Assembly: GCA_002733805.1 (NCBI GenBank) | Contig: NVXG01000033.1 | Location: 3,666 to 67,665, forward strand | Origin: Robiginitomaculum sp. | GTDB taxonomy: Bacteria > Pseudomonadota > Alphaproteobacteria > Caulobacterales > Maricaulaceae | DNA length: 64,000 nucleotides | Direction of reading: 5' to 3' | Shown: positions 58,072 through 64,000 of the stretch, one piece after another | Layout: every line of letters begins with the position of its first letter | Numbering within the stretch: the first letter of the stretch is position 1 | Position numbers and translations under genes: made by a program | The notes under the pieces: generated by a model | Told to the model about the DNA's origin: nothing | The model's input: only the letters and a program-made list of their open reading frames with translations | The model's database searches: none

Positions 58072-58989
58072 TCATTGGTTCGGCTCGAACCAGGCAGTGC
58101 TGGTATTGTAATCAATCACCTGTCGTCCGTACAGGTCCACCCGGCCGGATCGCTGATTTACCCGTACCAACATTTTTTCAGCCCGCGCCATTTCGTGCTT
58201 GCCCGAACCGGGCGCGACATGAACTTCAACAAGCCCGTGGTATATTGTGGTTTCAGGCCCGGCTGGTTCTTGGCTATTCATTGGTTCGGCTCTGGCGGTA
58301 GGATTAGTCTCTCTGGCGTTCAAAATACGTGAGACTTCCAGATCGGAAAGATCAAGCAGGTTCAGAATAAAAAGCGGCGCAAACTCCGGATCGGGTGCGG
58401 GATTGCTTGTGGTTACGCTAAATACCGGAGCGATGGCGGCGTACAATTCATCGCTCATTCCCATGACCAGGCGCAGTTCTGCCACATGCACAAACGGGCG
58501 ATTACCCGGCAACGGTAAATCCTGGGTAAGATATGCTGCGGCTTCGGCTCCACCGGTGCGCGGGGTATCATTGGCATCGCGCCAGTCGAGAATTGCTGCG
58601 GCAATGGTCGCGAAATCTGTCCCGGTCGGAGTCAATTGCTCGATGACACGGGAGATTAAATTCTGATCGGCGGTATTTAAGGCAATCATGCCCCGATCAT
58701 CGACCAGCCGGGTTTGGACCCTCAGGCCATCCAGTTCAAAGCGTAAAGCCCGGCCATCAGCGCGAAATCCGTCCGGCCCCCCCAACAAGAAAACCGCCCG
58801 GGAAATACCGGCCTCAATGCTGATCCGCATTCGGGTGCTATCCACAGCCGTTCGCATGATGGCCGCGTCATTGCGGGCCTGGGTAATGGTCAAAGCAGCC
58901 AATGCGGCGGCAATGCCCAGCACACTGATTACCGCTAGCAATACATAGCCAGTCCGTGACATTTGGCGGATTTTGCTCTTAGCTTGCAT
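58072..58989 (-). CDS. gspK: type II secretion minor pseudopilin GspK
   Basis: Start at in-frame ATG 58989 (MQAKSKIRQMSRTGYVLLAVISVLGIAAA). GspK-like body (DDRGMIALNTADQNLI, ILDWRDANDTPRTGGAEAAAY). The track ORF is over-extended. Confidence 0.78.
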   Translation of the reverse strand: MQAKSKIRQMSRTGYVLLAVISVLGIAAALAALTITQARNDAAIMRTAVDSTRMRISIEAGISRAVFLLGGPDGFRADGRALRFELDGLRVQTRLVDDRGMIALNTADQNLISRVIEQLTPTGTDFATIAAAILDWRDANDTPRTGGAEAAAYLTQDLPLPGNRPFVHVAELRLVMGMSDELYAAIAPVFSVTTSNPAPDPEFAPLFILNLLDLSDLEVSRILNARETNPTARAEPMNSQEPAGPETTIYHGLVEVHVAPGSGKHEMARAEKMLVRVNQRSGRVDLYGRQVIDYNTSTAWFEPNQ

Positions 58990-59614
58990 CGGTTTTGCCT
59001 TGCCGGGTTTTGGTATCTGCGCCGTTCGGATCCATTGCGGCGGGCAGGGCAATCGCGATATTGGGCCAATTAGCCAGCGTAAAGCCAAATTGTTGCGGCA
59101 TTTTATTGGTAATTGGCCAATTGGATTGCCAGCCATCTGGTCCTCGATAGGAAAACTCCGGTTTGGCTGATCCACTGTAAATGACCAACTCCGGTTTCGT
59201 CTCGCGCTGCCCGAACTGTGCCAGCGAAGTTAAGGGTAATCGTGCCAGCAACAACTCCCAGCCCTGATCCGACCTTGGCGCAATTTGCAAAACATATTCA
59301 TATAATCCGGGGGTAGCGGGATAACGGGTCTCGGCCAGCACCATGTGTACCTGATCCGATGTTCCTAAAAACAACACCTCGGGTTCGGGCTGGCCGGGCC
59401 GCAGTAAAGGCTCAACCCGGATCAGTCGTTCGTGGATAAACCGGAACAGGCTGGTACTGGTTTCCTGATCCATCCGGGATCGTGCGAGAGATTGCGACCA
59501 GTTAGAAACATTGCTGATGCCTTGCGAGAGTAGAACGAGAATCAAAGTGCTGATGGTCATCGCCACCAACAACTCAGCCAAGGTCAGCCCGGATCGGCGA
59601 TCAGGTGGTTTCAT
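58979..59614 (-). CDS. gspJ: type II secretion minor pseudopilin GspJ
   Basis: Prepilin leader MKPPDRRSG|LTLAELLVAMTIS. 211 aa. ATGA overlap with the gspI stop. Confidence 0.75.
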   Translation of the reverse strand: MKPPDRRSGLTLAELLVAMTISTLILVLLSQGISNVSNWSQSLARSRMDQETSTSLFRFIHERLIRVEPLLRPGQPEPEVLFLGTSDQVHMVLAETRYPATPGLYEYVLQIAPRSDQGWELLLARLPLTSLAQFGQRETKPELVIYSGSAKPEFSYRGPDGWQSNWPITNKMPQQFGFTLANWPNIAIALPAAMDPNGADTKTRQGKTDAS

Positions 59615-60003
59615 GGCGTGGCCTGCAATTTTTCACTAACCAACCGTACTTCACGCCCACTTGGTCCCGATGCCAATACCCGAATGCGGATGAGTTGCAG
59701 GTCGTTTTGATTGCTGGCAATCGGTTCAAAGCGCACATTCCAAGCAATTTGATCCGATATGCCACTGGTTGGCCCGGCTCCCGGCCCGGCGATCCGGCTT
59801 TGCGCCATGATATTTTCGGCCAACATATTGGTCTGGGCCAGCTCAATGCCGGCTGCATGTAGTTTGGCTGCGCCGGACATGCTCTCGAAAACCATGGCCA
59901 AACCGCTGGCGGCCAGCAGTAGGGCAATCAGGGTTTCAAGCAGGGTGAAGCCTTTTGCCGCCTCTCTAGTTTTAGTAAATTTGTTCAATTCGCACCTCGG
60001 CAT
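59611..60003 (-). CDS. gspI: type II secretion minor pseudopilin GspI
   Basis: Leader ...REAAKG|FTLLETLIALLL. 130 aa. Confidence 0.75.
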   Translation of the reverse strand: MPRCELNKFTKTREAAKGFTLLETLIALLLAASGLAMVFESMSGAAKLHAAGIELAQTNMLAENIMAQSRIAGPGAGPTSGISDQIAWNVRFEPIASNQNDLQLIRIRVLASGPSGREVRLVSEKLQATP

Positions 60004-60436
60004 TGGCCCAGTTCACGGCGACTTGGACTTCGGTATTGGCCGAAAACAATCGGATTTGTCCGCCGGTCGAAGTGCCGTCTGCAAAAAATCGGATTCCGGC
60101 CAATCCGGGCGCGGATTCGTATTGTGCAGTGATGGTTTCCAACTCGATGCCGCGTCCCAGTTTGACGGGCTGCGACTGCCCGGTAATCCACGCGGTGCGA
60201 ATCTGAGTATCGATCTGTACTTGTTGGCTGATCCCGGAGATCAAGGCCAGTTTGCGGCTGTCCCGGCATAATTTGGCCAGTTGGAAAGCGGCGTTTTTGG
60301 CATCATGGCCGGACCGCTTCGGCATCAGACGCGGGGCCAATACGGCACTGATCAAACCAATGATCACCAGTACCACCAGCAATTCAGCCAGTGTGCTGCC
60401 TGATTTAGCTGCCCGAGACATGATCGCGGTTTTCAT
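59972..60436 (-). CDS. gspH: type II secretion minor pseudopilin GspH
   Basis: In-frame ATG 60436 or 60421 gives M(KTAIM)SRAAKSG|STLAELLVVLVIIGL. It overlaps the gspG 3' end by 17-32 nt. The track start is TTG 60532. Confidence 0.7.
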   Translation of the reverse strand: MKTAIMSRAAKSGSTLAELLVVLVIIGLISAVLAPRLMPKRSGHDAKNAAFQLAKLCRDSRKLALISGISQQVQIDTQIRTAWITGQSQPVKLGRGIELETITAQYESAPGLAGIRFFADGTSTGGQIRLFSANTEVQVAVNWANAEVRIEQIY

Positions 60437-60848
60437 CCTCACCGCCTTCCTTATTATCGGCGCCCCAGCTTCGAATTTCAAACTGCCCATTGGGCAATAA
60501 ACGATAGCGATACGGATTGCCCCACGGATCAACTGGCAGGTGTCCGCGTTTTAGATACGGCCCATTCCAGCCAGTGGGCTCACCCGGAACGGATACCAAA
60601 GCGGACAACCCTTCAGAGTTGGAAGGATAGCGCCCGGTGTCAATGCTAAAAAACTCAGTGGCAGCGGCCAAATTTTCAACCTGTGCTGCTGCGATTTTGA
60701 CTTTTGATCCACCGATCTGCCCAATAAAGCGCGGCGCAACCAATCCCATAATCAATCCAAGGATAACCAGTACCACCAGCAATTCGGCCAAGGTGTATCC
60801 GGCTCTCTGATTCCGGGAAACCTTTTTTCCAGATTGTTTTTGCATCAT
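60405..60848 (-). CDS. gspG: type II secretion major pseudopilin GspG
   Basis: Leader ...NQRAG|YTLAELLVVLVILGLIMGL. GspG core GRYPSNSEGLSALV...WNGPYLKRGHLPVDPWGNPYRY. Confidence 0.9.
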   Translation of the reverse strand: MMQKQSGKKVSRNQRAGYTLAELLVVLVILGLIMGLVAPRFIGQIGGSKVKIAAAQVENLAAATEFFSIDTGRYPSNSEGLSALVSVPGEPTGWNGPYLKRGHLPVDPWGNPYRYRLLPNGQFEIRSWGADNKEGGEDENRDHVSGS

Positions 60849-60849
60849 G

Positions 60850-62043
60850 TCAAAACCCTATTTCATTGATGCTGACTAGCGCCAGCAAGATGGATAAAAC
60901 AATGGTACCGATGACCAGACCAACAAAGCCGATCAAGATCGGCTCGATAATCCGCACACCCAATTTGGTGCCGCGTTCCAATTGACCTTCATACAGCACG
61001 GCCAGTCGTTTTGCGGCCGGGGCGATGTCGCCGGTTTCCTCACCGATCCGCAAAATTTCCACAGCCATTGGCGGCAGCACGTCAGCTTGCTCGATCTGAT
61101 CGGGCAGAGATGCACCGCGCCGCACTTCAATCAGGGCCGATTGTAATCGCTCTTTGGCATATTGGTCTTGCAAACCGGCACTGGCCAGACGAAAGGCTGG
61201 CGCAGTTGATAGTCCATTGTGCAGTAATACCGCCAATACCCGGCAAAACCGCGCGGCCAACATGGCCCGCACCATCGGACCAATGGCCGGTAGACCATGG
61301 GCAATCCGGTACAGGGTCCGGCCCGATTGAGGCTGACGTAACCAAGTGGCAAACAAAAGTCCGAAACCAGCCAAGCCAAACCCGATCAGGGGCGCCCCCA
61401 ATACCAAAGCATGAGAGCTGGCAAAAACCATCCCGGCAAACGGCGGTGGTGCGACGTTCATATCGGTAAATATCTGCTCGAATTGTGGAACGACGAACAG
61501 CATCAATCCGGTGACTGCCAAAGTTGAAAAAATCAACAGCAAAATCGGATAGAGCAAAGCCCCCCGCATCTCGGATTCGAACTTTTCGCGTTTTTCGCGC
61601 CAGTCGGCCAGATCGGCCAAGGTATCGGCCAGCGAGCCAGAGGCTTCCCCCGCTTCGGCGATCTGGGCAAAGGGCGGTGGGAAAATGACCGGTTGGGCTG
61701 CGATGGCTTGGCTTAAGGATTGCCCGGCCCGGACCTGGATCAATAATTCTGTTGCAACTTTCGCAGTCAGAGAGCCATCGGCAAATTTCTGGATGGAAGC
61801 CAGTGCTTTTTCCACGGTCAGACCTGCGCCGATCAGGGCCGAGAGTTCTCGTGCAATGCGGGTGGCAGCCGGGCCACTGCCGCGAATTCGTTTGGCGGTC
61901 TTGGCCCGATCAAGACTGACCTTGATCGGGTTGAGGCCTCGGCTTCGGGCTTGTCCGGCTGCGGCCAGCTCGTTAGTCGCCATGACGATCAGCTCTTCAA
62001 CTTCCCCGTCATCCCGTGTGGCTTTGACCAACCAGCGGTTCAT
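60850..62043 (-). CDS. gspF: type II secretion inner-membrane platform protein GspF
   Basis: 397 aa with two T2SSF-type repeats and three TM segments. ATGA overlap with the gspE stop. Confidence 0.9.
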   Translation of the reverse strand: MNRWLVKATRDDGEVEELIVMATNELAAAGQARSRGLNPIKVSLDRAKTAKRIRGSGPAATRIARELSALIGAGLTVEKALASIQKFADGSLTAKVATELLIQVRAGQSLSQAIAAQPVIFPPPFAQIAEAGEASGSLADTLADLADWREKREKFESEMRGALLYPILLLIFSTLAVTGLMLFVVPQFEQIFTDMNVAPPPFAGMVFASSHALVLGAPLIGFGLAGFGLLFATWLRQPQSGRTLYRIAHGLPAIGPMVRAMLAARFCRVLAVLLHNGLSTAPAFRLASAGLQDQYAKERLQSALIEVRRGASLPDQIEQADVLPPMAVEILRIGEETGDIAPAAKRLAVLYEGQLERGTKLGVRIIEPILIGFVGLVIGTIVLSILLALVSINEIGF

Positions 62044-63665
62044 GATCCATTACCGGCTCTGGTTCCTAATACCCGCCAGATCTCTGCTTCATCGGTCAGT
62101 CCGGCTTTGATCTTGGCCCGGCCATCATCGATCAGGGAAGTAAATCCGGCTTGTTTGGCGGCTCGTTCAAAGTCTGGAGCGGCCGCGCCGGGTTGGATCA
62201 ATGCGATCAAACCGTCGTTCATATCGATGATTTCAAACAATCCGGAACGACCCGCATATCCGGCCCCGTTACAAGTTTGGCATTTGGCTTTTTTCAAGGG
62301 TTTGTTTTTGCATTTGGAACACAACAGGCGAACCAGTCGCTGGGCAATCACCAGTTTCAAGGTGGAGCGCAACAAGGAAGGGTCAACTCCCATATCGATC
62401 AAACGAGCTGGCGCGGCGGCGGCTGTATTGGCGTGAAGCGTGGCCAAAACCAAATGGCCGGTCAAAGCGGCATTCACGGCAATTTCTGCGGTTTCCGCAT
62501 CGCGCAACTCGCCAACTACAATAACATCCGGGTCATGGCGCAATACCGAACGCAAAGCGCTGGCAAAGGTCAGGCCAATTGCTGGATTGACCGCGATCTG
62601 GGTAATGCCATCGATCTGGTATTCGACCGGGTCTTCGATCGATACGACTTTTCGGCCCGGTTGATTGAGTTGCGATATGGCTCCGGCCAAGGTGGTGGTT
62701 TTACCCCCCCCGGTTGGGCCAACGACCAAAATCAAGCCATAGGGTTCGGCCAAGCGGCTCTGCAAAATAGTTTCTTCGTGGGCCGACAAACCCAGATCGT
62801 TTAGACGAACATCGGAATCGCGGTCCTCCAGCAGGCGAATAACCACCCCTTCGCCGTGAATATTGGGTGCCGTGGCAATGCGAAGATCGAGCGGGCGACC
62901 ATTGATATTGACTCTGGCCCGGCCATCCTGAGGCCGTCGCCGTTCAGCAATATCAAGGCCGCCAATGATCTTGATCCGAGATACGATCAGACGGGCCGAA
63001 GCGGCGCTGGGTGCTTTGGTTTCCTGCAACACACCATCAATGCGATAGCGGATCCGCAAATGATCGCGATAGGGTTCAATATGAATATCCGAGGCGCGCG
63101 CTTCGGCCGCTTTGGCAATCAAATCATTGACCAGATGCACCATCGGAGCTTCGGACGCCAAATCGCGTAAATGTTCTTCGTCGGCGCTGGAGGCTGATAG
63201 TTCTGCGTTGGCTCTATCGGAGGGTTCATCCTGTTCAAAATACCGGGCCAGAGCCGCTTTGATGTCGGTCAATGAGGCGATGGCCGGAATTACGTTGGCG
63301 TTGATGGCCAGCGCAATGCCATCCAGTGCTGCCCGGTTTTGCGGGTCAGCCATGGCGACAATCAGACCTTCCGCACTTTGGCGCACTGGACAAAGTTGAT
63401 TACCGCGCAAAAACGCATGTAACAATTTACCCGGAACCGGATCGGTTGGCTCAAAATCTGTATTTGTGATCAGGGGCAGTGCGTGGGCTTCGGCCAATCG
63501 TTCGGCAATCACTTGATCGCTCAACAAACCCAGACGCCGGATCACATTGGGCAGGCTTTCATGGGTTCTGGCCGCCGCAGCAAGGCAGCGCTTTTTATCC
63601 ACTTCCGAAAGACTTGAGGTGTCCAGCCAGTTTGTCGGGTCAGATTGTGCCAAAATGTGCCCCAT
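62040..63665 (-). CDS. gspE: type II secretion ATPase GspE
   Basis: 541 aa. N-terminal T2SSE_N-like domain, Walker A GPTGGGKTTTL, Asp box, Walker B VIVVGELRD, His box ATLHAN, and tetracysteine CSKC...CQTCNG. Confidence 0.92.
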   Translation of the reverse strand: MGHILAQSDPTNWLDTSSLSEVDKKRCLAAAARTHESLPNVIRRLGLLSDQVIAERLAEAHALPLITNTDFEPTDPVPGKLLHAFLRGNQLCPVRQSAEGLIVAMADPQNRAALDGIALAINANVIPAIASLTDIKAALARYFEQDEPSDRANAELSASSADEEHLRDLASEAPMVHLVNDLIAKAAEARASDIHIEPYRDHLRIRYRIDGVLQETKAPSAASARLIVSRIKIIGGLDIAERRRPQDGRARVNINGRPLDLRIATAPNIHGEGVVIRLLEDRDSDVRLNDLGLSAHEETILQSRLAEPYGLILVVGPTGGGKTTTLAGAISQLNQPGRKVVSIEDPVEYQIDGITQIAVNPAIGLTFASALRSVLRHDPDVIVVGELRDAETAEIAVNAALTGHLVLATLHANTAAAAPARLIDMGVDPSLLRSTLKLVIAQRLVRLLCSKCKNKPLKKAKCQTCNGAGYAGRSGLFEIIDMNDGLIALIQPGAAAPDFERAAKQAGFTSLIDDGRAKIKAGLTDEAEIWRVLGTRAGNGS

Positions 63666-64000
63666 TACATAAACCGGTCCCGCATGCTGGTTTCCAGGTG
63701 TTGATTGATCAGGTCGGTGTCATACTTCGATACTGCCACTAGAAGTTGCTCCCATTTATACAGGCTGGGAATGTGCATCGGGTTGGATTGCAACAGTTCT
63801 CGTTTAATAAACGGATACCCCGCCAAAATCAGTTGGTCCCAAAAGAAATGTGAGGCATTTAAGGGTCGTCCGCTTTCTGCATGGTCAAAAATTCGCTTTA
63901 GAAACGCCCGGTGTGAAGGGACAAGGGCCGTATCTTCCAAAATGCTGGCATTGCCGATTTTGGTGATAAATCCGTCCAGTAAATCGCGATAGCGAAATAA
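63665..64000 (-). CDS. partial CDS (N-terminus beyond window), possibly RgpF/LPS-glycosyltransferase-like
   Basis: The frame stays open to the window edge (my translation is LFRYRDLLDGFITKIGNASILEDTALVPSH...). The track M at 63940 is TTG. GYPFIKRELLQSNP resembles rhamnan-synthesis-F-type proteins (weak). The stop overlaps the gspE ATG as TAATG. GC is lower than in the gsp genes. Confidence 0.5.
   Translation of the reverse strand, partial: LFRYRDLLDGFITKIGNASILEDTALVPSHRAFLKRIFDHAESGRPLNASHFFWDQLILAGYPFIKRELLQSNPMHIPSLYKWEQLLVAVSKYDTDLINQHLETSMRDRFM

Overview
The window reads as mostly core alphaproteobacterial chromosome. Recognisable blocks are ptsP-lysC/ubiG, DUF1178-nitrilase-grxC-comF, ppiC-like-mutT-flp/secA, accA, xerD, aroK-aroB, bolA/dnaJ-like-cobS-cobT, acs, gpsA-tsaD/hemC-hemD-mic60-like-hemY-like, yggT-DUF167, nupC and upp. 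There is one tRNA-Thr(CGU). I saw no rRNA, CRISPR array, transposase or phage genes. Six things are unusual. (1) The right-hand 12 kb holds a gspE-F-G-H-I-J-K-L-M type II secretion operon. It ends in a minimal 166-aa GspC/N-like protein and shows no secretin, PDZ-type GspC or prepilin peptidase in view. Its 5' end is translationally coupled (TAATG) to a lower-GC glycosyltransferase-like ORF. It converges on a ~1164-aa S8 subtilase with two tandem PPC-like modules (candidate cargo), which is divergent from an STN-like secreted protein. (2) A ~0.87-kb low-GC single-gene islet encodes a leaderless trypsin-fold protease. It sits exactly between acs and a conserved Cys/His/Trp-rich hypothetical. 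(3) A low-GC LuxR-HTH::VOC fusion gene abuts tRNA-Thr. (4) A 680-bp non-coding gap between convergent genes contains nested palindromic REP/MITE-like repeats. (5) An orphan Flp pilin gene is welded into a housekeeping operon. (6) Two tandem RidA paralogues carry export/lipoprotein signals. The ORF track prints M for TTG/GTG starts (checked at several loci), so many track starts are over-extended. I reset starts where an in-frame ATG with an SD or a family-typical N-terminus was visible. All family assignments come from reading motifs by eye; no database search was run.
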